18,099 nucleotides of DNA from Enterococcus phage vB_EfaP_2/Chl-5. Position numbers and translations under genes: made by a program. The stretch lies in the sequence record PV455607.1; one strand, 5' to 3'. Below the pieces are notes generated by a model, which had not been told where the DNA came from, did no database searches, and worked only from the letters and a program-made list of their open reading frames with translations. Shown piece by piece: positions 6,483-15,499 of this stretch (positions are counted from its first letter, which is position 1; each line of letters begins with the position of its first letter).

Positions 6483-8297
6483 ATGGCAAGACGGTATACA
6501 CATGTAAAATTGTTGACTAACGTGCCTTTTGATAACACTTATGCACACACAAGATGGTGTAAAACTCAACAGGAACAGGAATCGTACTTTAATTCGTTTC
6601 CTGTTCTAAACGAGAATACTGATTGTTCTTATCAAAGAGATACACAACTCGGTGGAGTTTTTAGAGTAGATAAACACAAAGACGCTTTATATGCTTGTAA
6701 CTATCTCATCTTTAAAAACGAAGAAACTTATCCTAGTAAATGGCAGTATGCCTTTGTTACAGATATTGAATATAAGAACGACAACACAAGTTTCGTTACT
6801 TTTGAAATTGATGTTTTACAAACTTATCGCTTTGATATTGGTATACGAGAAAGTTTCATTGCAAAAGAACATCCTCAACTTTATTATTCGAACGGAATAC
6901 CTTTCATTAATACAATTGAAGAGTCGCTTGATTACGGTAGAGAATACACAACAACAAATGTAACAACTTTTCATCCTAACGATGGAGTCAATTTTCTTGT
7001 TATTCTAACAAGTGAAGCAATGCCAGTGGGAGATAAGGAAGATAAATCAGGAGGATCAATTGTCGGAGGGCCATCACCTTATTCCTATTATTTACTTCCT
7101 CTCAATTCAAGTGGCGAGGTATACAAACCAAATGGTGCAGGTAATGCTAACTTTGGAGAGTACATGGCGTTTCTTACAACGAAAGAACCTTTTTTAAATA
7201 AGATAGTCGGGATGTATATAACGTCATATACAGGTATACCATTTATTGTGGATCATGCTAACAAAACAGTAAGGTATAATGCAGGAGGTTCGTATAAGAT
7301 TACACTCCCAACCTATGCCAGTGATCCAACAGGAACAATGAAAACATTCGCTTTCTTTTGTGTGAAAGAGGCAAGAACATTTGTACCTAAAAGAATTGAT
7401 CTTGTAGGAAATGTGTATAACTACTTTAGAGAAAGTTTTCCATTTAATGTTAAGGAATCTAAACTATTTATGTATCCTTATTGTTTACTAGAAATTACAG
7501 ATACTAAAGGACATGTTATGACTATCAGACCCGAATATCTTACAGGTGGTAAATTGAGTGTATACGTAAAAGGTTCGTTAGGCATTTCTAATAAAGTCAT
7601 GATTGAACCAATTGATTATGATGTAACTAACTCAAGCATTATTACTAATTTAAGTGACAAGATGTTAATCGATAATGACCCTAACGATGTAGGAGTTAAA
7701 TCTGACTACGCTGCTGCATTTATGCAAGGAAATAAAAACTCCTTGATTGCTCAAGAACAAAACATACGAAATACCTTTAGGCACGGTATGGGAAACAGTG
7801 CAATGAGTACAGGTGGAGCAATCTTTTCTGCATTGGCCAGTGTCAATCCATTTGTTGGTTTGACTAACATTATGGGAGCAGGACAACAAGTAAACAACTA
7901 TGTTGCAGAAAAAGAAAACGGATTGAATCTCTTAGCAGGCAAAGTGGCAGATATTGAAAATATCCCAGATAATGTCACACAGCTAGGATCAAACTTATCT
8001 TTCACAATGGGAAACTTTCAAAATTATTATCAATTGCGATTCAAACAAATTAAATATGAGTATGCTACAAGACTGAATCGTTACTTCTCAATGTATGGCA
8101 CAAAGAGCAATCGAGTAGCTACACCAAACTTACAAACAAGAAAATCATGGAATTTCATTAAATTAAAAGAGCCAAATATTGTAGGTACAATGAGTAACGA
8201 TGTGTTAACGCGAGTGAAACAAATTTTTAGTGCAGGAGTTACCCTTTGGCATACGAACGATATTTTAAATTATAACCAAGACAACGGAGATGTGTAG
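6483..8297 (+). CDS. gp9: Tail knob / distal tail protein (phi29 gp9-like)
   Basis: HVKLLTNVPFDNTYAHTRW parallels the recalled phi29 gp9 N-terminus (VRILADVPFSNDYKNTRWF). It is 604 aa, against 599 aa in phi29. RBS is AGGAGG. Confidence 0.85.
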   Translation: MARRYTHVKLLTNVPFDNTYAHTRWCKTQQEQESYFNSFPVLNENTDCSYQRDTQLGGVFRVDKHKDALYACNYLIFKNEETYPSKWQYAFVTDIEYKNDNTSFVTFEIDVLQTYRFDIGIRESFIAKEHPQLYYSNGIPFINTIEESLDYGREYTTTNVTTFHPNDGVNFLVILTSEAMPVGDKEDKSGGSIVGGPSPYSYYLLPLNSSGEVYKPNGAGNANFGEYMAFLTTKEPFLNKIVGMYITSYTGIPFIVDHANKTVRYNAGGSYKITLPTYASDPTGTMKTFAFFCVKEARTFVPKRIDLVGNVYNYFRESFPFNVKESKLFMYPYCLLEITDTKGHVMTIRPEYLTGGKLSVYVKGSLGISNKVMIEPIDYDVTNSSIITNLSDKMLIDNDPNDVGVKSDYAAAFMQGNKNSLIAQEQNIRNTFRHGMGNSAMSTGGAIFSALASVNPFVGLTNIMGAGQQVNNYVAEKENGLNLLAGKVADIENIPDNVTQLGSNLSFTMGNFQNYYQLRFKQIKYEYATRLNRYFSMYGTKSNRVATPNLQTRKSWNFIKLKEPNIVGTMSNDVLTRVKQIFSAGVTLWHTNDILNYNQDNGDV

Positions 8298-8311
8298 GAA
8301 GGAGGAATAAG

Positions 8312-9292
8312 ATGAGTAGACGAAAAGGTGCAGGACTTGCTAGAAATAACCGTTATACAGCAAAAAGCAGACCTTATCCAAACGAACCCTATTCAAGTGA
8401 TGTAGAAGAAATCAGCTACTATGAACATTATCGTAGACAACTCACGCTCCTTACGTTTCAGTTGTTTGAATGGGAAAATTTACCGAAATCAATTGACCCT
8501 CGATATTTAGAAATTGCATTACACACAAATGGTTATCTCGGTTTCTTTAAAGATCCTACACTAGGGTTCATGGTTTGTGCAGGAGCAGAAGATGGCCAAA
8601 TCGATCATTATCACAATCCTATTTTCTTTACAGCAAATGAAGCAATGTATCACAAGAGATATCCTGTTTTAAGATATGATGATGATGATGACAAATCAAA
8701 ATGTATCATGTTGTATAACAATGATTTGAAAGTTCCTACACTACCGAGTCTTCATCGGTTTGCTTTGGATATGGCAGACATAAACCAGATATCACGAGTG
8801 AATCGAAGAGCGCAAAAAACACCTGTAATTATTCAAACTGATGAAAAGAAATACTTCTCATTGCTACAAGCTTATAACCAAATTGACGAAAATAATCAGG
8901 CTGTTTTTGTGGATAAAGATATGGAGTTTGACAAAGCTTTTAATGTGTGGCAAACAAATGCACCTTATGTAGTGGATAAACTAAGATCAGAATTGAACGA
9001 AGTATGGAATGAAGTCTTAACTTTTCTAGGTATCAACAATGCCAACGTAGATAAGACTGCACGTGTACAAACATCAGAAGTCTTATCTAACAACGAACAG
9101 ATTGAAAGCTCAGGAAACATCTTGTTAAAATCAAGAAAAGAGTTTTGTGATCGTGTAAATCGTGTCTTTGGCGATGAACTTGACGGAAAGATTGACGTGA
9201 AGTTTAGAACGGACGCGGTGCGACAATTACAACTAGCAGCAGGTCAATCAAAAAAAGACCAAATGAGTGGAGGGTTGCCAAGTGCTACTTAA
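8312..9292 (+). CDS. gp10: Head-tail connector / upper collar (portal, phi29 gp10-like)
   Basis: [21 protein letters not shown] parallels phi29 gp10 ([21 protein letters not shown]). Also [23 protein letters not shown] and FLGI.NAN match gp10. It is 326 aa. Confidence 0.92.
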   Translation: [326 protein letters not shown]

Positions 9293-10118
9293 ACGTTATA
9301 TTGAAAGTTTCACTTATTACCAACCTGAATTATCTCGAAAAGAACGTATTGAAGTTGGCAGAAAACAATTGTTTGATTTTGATTATCCATTTTATGACGA
9401 AACAAAACGAGCAGAATTTGAAACAAAATTTATCAATCACTTTTACTTGAGAGAGATAGGATCAGAAACGATGGGATCATTTAAGTTTAATCTTGACGAG
9501 TATTTAAATCTAAATATGCCCTATTGGAATAAGATGTTCCTATCAAATCTTGAAGAGTTTCCGATTTTTGATGATATGGACTATACCATTGATGAGAAAC
9601 AGAAATTGTTAAATGAGATTGATACAAACATCAAAGCGAATCGGGATGAGTCAAAAAATCAAACGAAACAAGTAGATCAAACAGACAACAGAAACAAAAA
9701 TACCCGTGACACAGGAACAACCGATTCTTTCTCAAGAAACACGTATACAGACACTCCTCAAAAAGATTTGAGAATTGCTAGTAATGGCGACGGAACAGGT
9801 GTCATCAATTATGCAACAAATATCACAGAAGATTTGAGTAAAGAAACAACAAGTTCTACAGGCGTTGAAACAAACAACGACAAAACAAATCAAAACACAC
9901 GAAGCAATGCTTCTGAAAAAGAAACAAAGAACACAGACATTAATAAAGATCAAAATCAAACCAAAGATACGATTACACGATATAAAGGTAAAAAGGGAAA
10001 CACTGATTATGCTGACTTACTCGAAAAATATCGCAAAAGTGTTTTGAGAATTGAGAAAATGATCTTTAGAGAAATGAACAAGGAAGGCTTATTTCTCCTT
10101 GTTTATGGAGGGAGGTAA
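9282..10118 (+). CDS. gp11: Lower collar protein (phi29 gp11-like) with a long polar low-complexity insertion; start probably GTG 9282 after GGAGGG (track GTG 9267)
   Basis: The position after the connector and the 279-aa size (293 aa in phi29) fit gp11. It overlaps the gp10 3' end. Residues about 125-245 are a T/N/K/D/Q-rich, apparently disordered segment. Confidence 0.7.
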   Translation: MLLKRYIESFTYYQPELSRKERIEVGRKQLFDFDYPFYDETKRAEFETKFINHFYLREIGSETMGSFKFNLDEYLNLNMPYWNKMFLSNLEEFPIFDDMDYTIDEKQKLLNEIDTNIKANRDESKNQTKQVDQTDNRNKNTRDTGTTDSFSRNTYTDTPQKDLRIASNGDGTGVINYATNITEDLSKETTSSTGVETNNDKTNQNTRSNASEKETKNTDINKDQNQTKDTITRYKGKKGNTDYADLLEKYRKSVLRIEKMIFREMNKEGLFLLVYGGR

Positions 10119-10123
10119 CAGCA

Positions 10124-10675
10124 ATGGTAGATTTTAACCCCGACAAGCGGTTTGACGGTTTACCCTCAGTATTCAAAGAACGTTTTAGTAAATATCCTCA
10201 TACGGAGTACAGATACGAATTACTATTAGATGAAGAAGTATCGGCTTTAATTGCCTATCTGAATGAGATTGGCGCTTTAGTTAATGATATGAGTGGTTAT
10301 TTAAATTACTTTATCGAACATTTTGTAGAGAAGTTAGAAGAGATCACAACTGACACACTCAAAAAATGGTTATCTGACGGTACACTAGAAAGTTTAATCA
10401 ACGATACTGTGTTTGCTAATTATATCAAAGAAATCAAAAGACTACAAATCTTGGTTGCTGAAACACGTGCTAACAGTGTGAATATTCTTTTGACAAAAAA
10501 TAAACCCGATGTTGCTGATGATCGAACATTTTGGTTTAAAATACAACGTGATAATACCGATTATGGGAATGATCCTATTGATACGTTACGTATTGTTGCA
10601 ATCAATAAAGTTAGTGGCTGGAATACCGCTACAGGAGATATTTATCTTAACATTAAAGGAACGGAGGGTGTATAA
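10124..10675 (+). CDS. Hypothetical structural protein (183 aa), no phi29 counterpart recognised
   Basis: RBS GGAGGGAGG and tight packing in the late operon; TAATG coupling to the next gene. Confidence 0.6.
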   Translation: MVDFNPDKRFDGLPSVFKERFSKYPHTEYRYELLLDEEVSALIAYLNEIGALVNDMSGYLNYFIEHFVEKLEEITTDTLKKWLSDGTLESLINDTVFANYIKEIKRLQILVAETRANSVNILLTKNKPDVADDRTFWFKIQRDNTDYGNDPIDTLRIVAINKVSGWNTATGDIYLNIKGTEGV

Positions 10676-10971
10676 TGGCAGACATTAGAACACAACTAAC
10701 AAGCGAAGATGGATCAGACAATTTATTTCCAATTTCAAAAGCCGTTAATATTATGACTAATAGCGGCAAGAATGTAGAAGGAGAATTGGGTACACTCAAA
10801 CAAAATAACGAAACAATGAATACGTCAGTTCAAAATGCGGTAGTTAATGCCAATCAAGCAAAAGATTCTGTAGCTGAATTAAATGTGAATGTTGGTAAAC
10901 TAACCAATCGAATAACAACATTAGAGAGTACAGTCGATAGTATTGACGGTATTCGTTATGTAGAGGTGTAA
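10675..10971 (+). CDS. Fibre-like protein 1 (98 aa) with conserved N-terminal module and coiled-coil tail
   Basis: N-terminus MADIRTQLTSEDGSDNLFPISKAVNIM is shared with the next two genes. C-terminal heptad-like NAVVNANQAKDSVAELNVNVGKLTNRITTLE. Confidence 0.65.
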   Translation: MADIRTQLTSEDGSDNLFPISKAVNIMTNSGKNVEGELGTLKQNNETMNTSVQNAVVNANQAKDSVAELNVNVGKLTNRITTLESTVDSIDGIRYVEV

Positions 10972-10972
10972 T

Positions 10973-11377
10973 ATGGCAGATAAAAATATTCAACTGAAGG
11001 ATAAAGATCAAAATCGTTTAATGCCTGTAACCATTGCTAAAAATGTTCTAACAGGCGACTCTAATCTTGAATTAGTTAATGCTGAAATAAGAGGTAACGC
11101 TAGTGAAGCTAAAACCCTTGCACAACAAGCTAAAGAAACTGCTGATGGATTGTCAACAGAAATTGAAACAGCAACTTCAACCGCAAATCAAGCGTTGACG
11201 AAAGCTGGTACAGCACAACAAACCGCAGAACAAGCGAAAACAGCAGCGAACAGTGTCAGTTCAGTTGCAACGACAGCTAAAAACACAGCTGATTCAGCAA
11301 AACAAACTGCAACTGATCTTGCTGTTCGAGTAAGCAGTTTAGAGAACACAGCAATACAATATACTGTATTACCGTAG
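10973..11377 (+). CDS. Fibre-like protein 2 (134 aa), A/T/Q-rich fibrous segment
   Basis: N-terminus MADKNIQLKDKDQNRLMPVTIAKNVL. Low-complexity AKTLAQQAKETADGLSTEIETATSTANQALTKAGTAQQTAEQAKTAANS repeat-like shaft. Confidence 0.65.
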   Translation: MADKNIQLKDKDQNRLMPVTIAKNVLTGDSNLELVNAEIRGNASEAKTLAQQAKETADGLSTEIETATSTANQALTKAGTAQQTAEQAKTAANSVSSVATTAKNTADSAKQTATDLAVRVSSLENTAIQYTVLP

Positions 11378-11388
11378 GAGGAAAAATA

Positions 11389-11811
11389 ATGGCAAATAAA
11401 AATATTCAAATGAAGGATAGCAATGACAATAATTTATATCCAATTGTTCGAGCAGAAAACTTGTTAGATTTAACTAGTCGTGCTGAATTGACAATGACAA
11501 ATTGTCAATTATATAACGCTAGTGATAAAACAAATGCAATCTCTTATCTCGGCGCAGTAGGTATGATCGAAGGTATGGTAAAGTTTACTGAAAGTTTAAC
11601 AAATCCAGTGATTACAACATTACCAGAAGGTTTTAGACCGATAAGAACAAAGCGTATTGGTTGTTTCGCAAAATACTACACACCAAATCCAGCAAATACA
11701 AAAGAAATGATTTATGTATCAATCACACCTGATGGTAGAGTAACCGTAAATGACAATGTAGGTAAAATCGAATATCTATCATTAGATAATTGTGTTTTCC
11801 CTCTAAAATAA
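11389..11811 (+). CDS. Fibre-like protein 3 (140 aa), globular C-terminal domain
   Basis: N-terminus MANKNIQMKDSNDNNLYPIVRAENLL. Its first 30 nt are nearly identical to the first 30 nt of the gene at 10973. Confidence 0.65.
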   Translation: MANKNIQMKDSNDNNLYPIVRAENLLDLTSRAELTMTNCQLYNASDKTNAISYLGAVGMIEGMVKFTESLTNPVITTLPEGFRPIRTKRIGCFAKYYTPNPANTKEMIYVSITPDGRVTVNDNVGKIEYLSLDNCVFPLK

Positions 11812-11821
11812 GGAGGTTCCT

Positions 11822-13156
11822 ATGGAAGAACGAATTGATATTCAAATGAACAAAATGAAAGAAGAAAATCAAAAGAATTACCTATTGCACCCTGAAACGA
11901 ACCCGACACAGGTTGTTTTTGATGAAACATTACATGGAAATAAAAATCAAGAGAGTTTCAACGAATTTGTTGACAAAAGAAAAATGACAACTACAATCGA
12001 TGTAAGTGCTTATGGCGTTATTGCAGATGGTGTAACAGATTGTACACCAATCTTAAATAAACTACTCGAAGAAAAAAGCGAAATGGGTATCACTTTTTAT
12101 TTTCCTCCTTGTGAACGTGATTCATATTATCGCTTTGCTAACACAATTGAATTAAAGCGTGATGTTCCAGTAGTGACTTTCTTAGGATCAGGAGAAACAA
12201 CATTAAAGTTTGAAACAATGACGGCATTTAATGTAAACATTGAAAGCTTCAATATTGATGGGTTTGCATTATGGTTGCCACAAGGCGCTCAAAGCGGTAA
12301 AGGAATTTTCTTTAATGATACTCGAAATTACAACCGTTTTGACTTTGATTTGTTTGTTCGCAACTGTACTTTAAATGAAGGAACATATGTTGTTGTTGCT
12401 AGAGGTAGAGGGGTTACCTTTAAAAATTGTCTATTCTCTAATATCTCTCAAGCAATCATCAAAACAGCTTTTCCAGATGTAAACAGTATGTGGCAAGGGA
12501 ACGATATTAATACTAGGGGTACAGGTTTTAGAGGTTTCTTTGTGAAAAACAACCGTATTCACTTTTGTACAGCGATCATTATCGACAATGAGGATGATTA
12601 TCAGAATGTCATTAATTTCTGTGAAATTTCTGGTAACACAATCGAAGGTGGCGTAAGTTATTATCGAGGATATGCACATAACTTGCATGTCCAAAACAAC
12701 AACCATTTTCTAGCATACGGAAATAGAAACGCTTTGTTTGAGTTTCAAGATGTGGATCAAGCTTATATTGATGTAGATGTTTATTCTCGTAACTCGAAAG
12801 TAGAGGGAATGAATAGTACAGCTATTTCACGTTTAGTTGTTGTTTACGGACATTACCGAAACTTAAGGATTACAGGAAAGTTATATCGTTGTCAAGGAAA
12901 TGTTATCACTTTATATGGTGGTGGCGTTAATTTCTATTGTGATCTAATGGCACAAGAAGCGCCTTTGACAGACGGATATCGGTTTATTCAAACAGCGGAC
13001 AAACGAGTCAACTATGACGGTTTTGTTGTTCGTGGACTGTCTAATTCAACAAAAGTAAATACACCAATGATCTATAAAGCACCTCAGACTGTTTTCTATA
13101 ATCGTAAAATCGATCATGTGCTAACAGGTCCAAATGCAAGTAATGTATATAACTAG
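11822..13156 (+). CDS. gp12: Pre-neck appendage / tailspike with pectate-lyase-type right-handed beta-helix (phi29 gp12 position, half its size)
   Basis: VSAYGVIADGVTDCTPILNKLL matches the YGAKGDGVTDDT signature of Pectate_lyase_3-type tailspikes. Repetitive N/G/V beta-helix-like composition. The position before the gp13-like gene fits. Confidence 0.7.
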   Translation: MEERIDIQMNKMKEENQKNYLLHPETNPTQVVFDETLHGNKNQESFNEFVDKRKMTTTIDVSAYGVIADGVTDCTPILNKLLEEKSEMGITFYFPPCERDSYYRFANTIELKRDVPVVTFLGSGETTLKFETMTAFNVNIESFNIDGFALWLPQGAQSGKGIFFNDTRNYNRFDFDLFVRNCTLNEGTYVVVARGRGVTFKNCLFSNISQAIIKTAFPDVNSMWQGNDINTRGTGFRGFFVKNNRIHFCTAIIIDNEDDYQNVINFCEISGNTIEGGVSYYRGYAHNLHVQNNNHFLAYGNRNALFEFQDVDQAYIDVDVYSRNSKVEGMNSTAISRLVVVYGHYRNLRITGKLYRCQGNVITLYGGGVNFYCDLMAQEAPLTDGYRFIQTADKRVNYDGFVVRGLSNSTKVNTPMIYKAPQTVFYNRKIDHVLTGPNASNVYN

Positions 13157-13167
13157 GAGGATATGAG

Positions 13168-14205
13168 ATGGCAACTCTTACAAATGAACAAATAGCTAGA
13201 GGACAAACAATCGCTAAAATACTTTCAAAATATGGCTATAATAAAAATTCACAAGTAGGAGTTGTCGCCAATCTCCATTGGGAATCGGCTGGTTTGAACC
13301 CGAACATCAATGAACATGGTGGGGGCGGATATGGGTTAGGTCAATGGACACCTAAAAGCAATCTTTATCGCCAGGCTCAAATTTGTGGGTTGTCTAATGC
13401 TAAAGCTGAAACGTTGGAAGGTCAAGCAGAGATTATCGCTCAAGGAGATAAAACAGGTCAATGGATGGATAATACGACTGTTTCTTCTGCAGGTTATACT
13501 AACCCGCAGACACTTTCAGCATTTAAACAATCTGCAAATATTGATGTTGCTACAATTAATTTTATGTGTCACTGGGAACGTCCTGGTATACTTCATATCG
13601 AAGAAAGACTTGATCTTGCACAAGCTTATAGTAAGCATATTGATGGTAGCGGTGGCGGTGGCGTAAAACGTTGCTATGGAACACCAATTAAGAATACAAA
13701 TCTTGATCCTAAAAGTTTCATGAGTGGACAACTTTTTGGCACGCATGCAGGAAATGGCAGACCAAATAATTTCCATGATGGACTGGACTTTGGGTCGATT
13801 GATCATCCAGGCAATGAAATGATCGCTTGTTGCGATGGTACAGTAACACACGTTGGAACAATGGGTGCATTAAGAGCATATTTTGTGATAAACGACGGCG
13901 CTTACAATATCGTTTATCAAGAATTTAGTTATAACCAGTCAAATATAAAGGTAAAAGTTGGCGACAAAGTTAAGAACGGACAAGTTTGCGCAATACGTGA
14001 CGCTGATCATTTACATTTAGGTTTTACTAAAAAAGATTTTATGACTGCGTTAGGATCTTCTTTCATAGACGATGGAACATGGGAAGACCCTTTGAAGTTT
14101 TTAGGACAATGTTTTGGAGATGGAGATAATGACGATAACAATAAGGATAAAAATGATCTTATTTATCTATTGCTATCCGATGCCTTGAATGGTTGGAAAT
14201 TTTAA
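13168..14205 (+). CDS. gp13: Tail-associated peptidoglycan hydrolase (phi29 gp13-like): N-terminal lysozyme-like domain plus C-terminal M23 peptidase
   Basis: HDGLDF (HxxxD) and HLHLG (HxH) zinc-ligand motifs of M23/LytM are present. N-terminal WESAGLNPN...GLGQWTP is lysozyme-like. Glycine linkers GGGGYG and GSGGGGV separate the domains. Confidence 0.8.
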   Translation: MATLTNEQIARGQTIAKILSKYGYNKNSQVGVVANLHWESAGLNPNINEHGGGGYGLGQWTPKSNLYRQAQICGLSNAKAETLEGQAEIIAQGDKTGQWMDNTTVSSAGYTNPQTLSAFKQSANIDVATINFMCHWERPGILHIEERLDLAQAYSKHIDGSGGGGVKRCYGTPIKNTNLDPKSFMSGQLFGTHAGNGRPNNFHDGLDFGSIDHPGNEMIACCDGTVTHVGTMGALRAYFVINDGAYNIVYQEFSYNQSNIKVKVGDKVKNGQVCAIRDADHLHLGFTKKDFMTALGSSFIDDGTWEDPLKFLGQCFGDGDNDDNNKDKNDLIYLLLSDALNGWKF

Positions 14206-14220
14206 TAAGGAGAAAAAGGT

Positions 14221-14613
14221 ATGATAGAATATATCACACAATGGTTAGCAGATGATAACCATATGGTTTATGGTTTGATTATATGGTTAATGGTTGCAAT
14301 GATTATCGATTTTGTGTTAGGTTTTACAATTGCCAAATTTAACAAGGAAATCGAGTTTAGTAGTTTTAAAGCTAAAGCAGGTATCATTGTTAAGGTGGCA
14401 GAAATGGTTTTAGTGGTTTACTTTATTCCTGTAGCAGTAAAATTCGGTGCAGTAGGCATTACAATGTATGTAACAATGTTGGTTGGTTTAATTTTATCAG
14501 AAATTTATAGTATACTAGGGCATATTTCAACCATAGACGATAACAACAATTGGACTGATTATATTAAGAAGTTTTTAGACGGAACACTCAACAGAAAGGA
14601 CGATATTAAATGA
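14221..14613 (+). CDS. gp14: Holin (three predicted transmembrane helices; phi29 gp14 position and size)
   Basis: Hydrophobic segments are VYGLIIWLMVAMIIDFVLGFTIA, IIVKVAEMVLVVYFIPVAV and AVGITMYVTMLVGLILSEIYSILG. It has a charged C-terminus, is 130 aa and has an ATGA overlap with the lysin. Confidence 0.8.
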   Translation: MIEYITQWLADDNHMVYGLIIWLMVAMIIDFVLGFTIAKFNKEIEFSSFKAKAGIIVKVAEMVLVVYFIPVAVKFGAVGITMYVTMLVGLILSEIYSILGHISTIDDNNNWTDYIKKFLDGTLNRKDDIK

Positions 14614-15488
14614 TGAATGGTATTGATATTTCTAGTCATCAAACAGGAATTGATCTTTCAAAAGTTCCATGTGATTTTGTAATTATTAAAGCTACAGGAG
14701 GTAAAGGTTATGTCAATCCTGATTGTGATCGAGCATTTCAACAAGCGTTAGCGTTAGGAAAGAAAATTGGTGTCTATCACTTTGCACATGAAAAAGGTTT
14801 AGAAGGTATACCAGAACAAGAAGCTGCATTTTTCTTAAAGAATATTAAAGGTTACATTGGCAAAGCAATTCTAATTCTTGACTTTGAAGGATCAAACCAA
14901 AAAGATTCAGCATGGGCGAAAGCATTTCTTGATTATGTGTACAATCAAACAGGTATTAAACCATGGTTTTACACGTATACAGCAAACCTCAATACAACAG
15001 ACTTTTCAAATGTAGCTAAAGGCGATTATGGATTGTGGATTGCGGAATATGGTAGGAATTTACCTCAAGGATATAGTCAACCTAGTCCACCACAAACAAA
15101 TAACTTTCCAGTTGTCGCTTGTTTTCAATATACGAGTAGCGGTCGTCTATCGGGCTATAATGGAAACCTTGATTTAAATGTATTTTATGGCGATCGAGAA
15201 ACATGGGATTTATATGTGGGTAAAAAATCAGATCAAGTTGTTGCTCCTGAAAATAAAATATTTGACGCTACAAGTGATGAGTTTATTTTCACCTTGACAT
15301 CAGGTAGCACAAGCGTATTCTATTTTGACGGAAACACGATCTTTGAATTGTCTGATCCCACACAACTCGATCATATTAGAGGAACATACAATCATGTTCA
15401 TGGAAAAGAAATTCCCTCAATGGTGTGGACACCTGAACAGTTTGATATTTATTTAAAAATGTATGATAAGAAACCAGTGTATAAATAG
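14610..15488 (+). CDS. gp15: Endolysin: N-terminal GH25 muramidase plus unassigned C-terminal wall-binding region
   Basis: MMNGIDISSHQ...DFVIIKATGG..YVNPDCDRAFQQA...GVYHFA is the GH25 (Cpl-1-like) signature. The last 90 aa have no recognisable SH3 or choline-binding repeats. Confidence 0.85.
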   Translation: MMNGIDISSHQTGIDLSKVPCDFVIIKATGGKGYVNPDCDRAFQQALALGKKIGVYHFAHEKGLEGIPEQEAAFFLKNIKGYIGKAILILDFEGSNQKDSAWAKAFLDYVYNQTGIKPWFYTYTANLNTTDFSNVAKGDYGLWIAEYGRNLPQGYSQPSPPQTNNFPVVACFQYTSSGRLSGYNGNLDLNVFYGDRETWDLYVGKKSDQVVAPENKIFDATSDEFIFTLTSGSTSVFYFDGNTIFELSDPTQLDHIRGTYNHVHGKEIPSMVWTPEQFDIYLKMYDKKPVYK

Positions 15489-15499
15489 GAGTGTATAGT

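Noticed and set aside
7665-7889. Track ORFs lying inside or antisense to the large structural and replication genes: 7665-7889(-), 9732-9959(-), 11188-11409(-), 12431-12706(-), 13516-13851(-), 2045-2239(+), 6062-6268(+), 6691-6963(+), 7012-7197(+), 9865-10047(+), 13385-13666(+)
   Set aside because: All overlap well-supported genes in another frame, lack RBS, and have low-complexity or Cys/Phe-rich translations typical of antisense or off-frame reading of AT-rich DNA.
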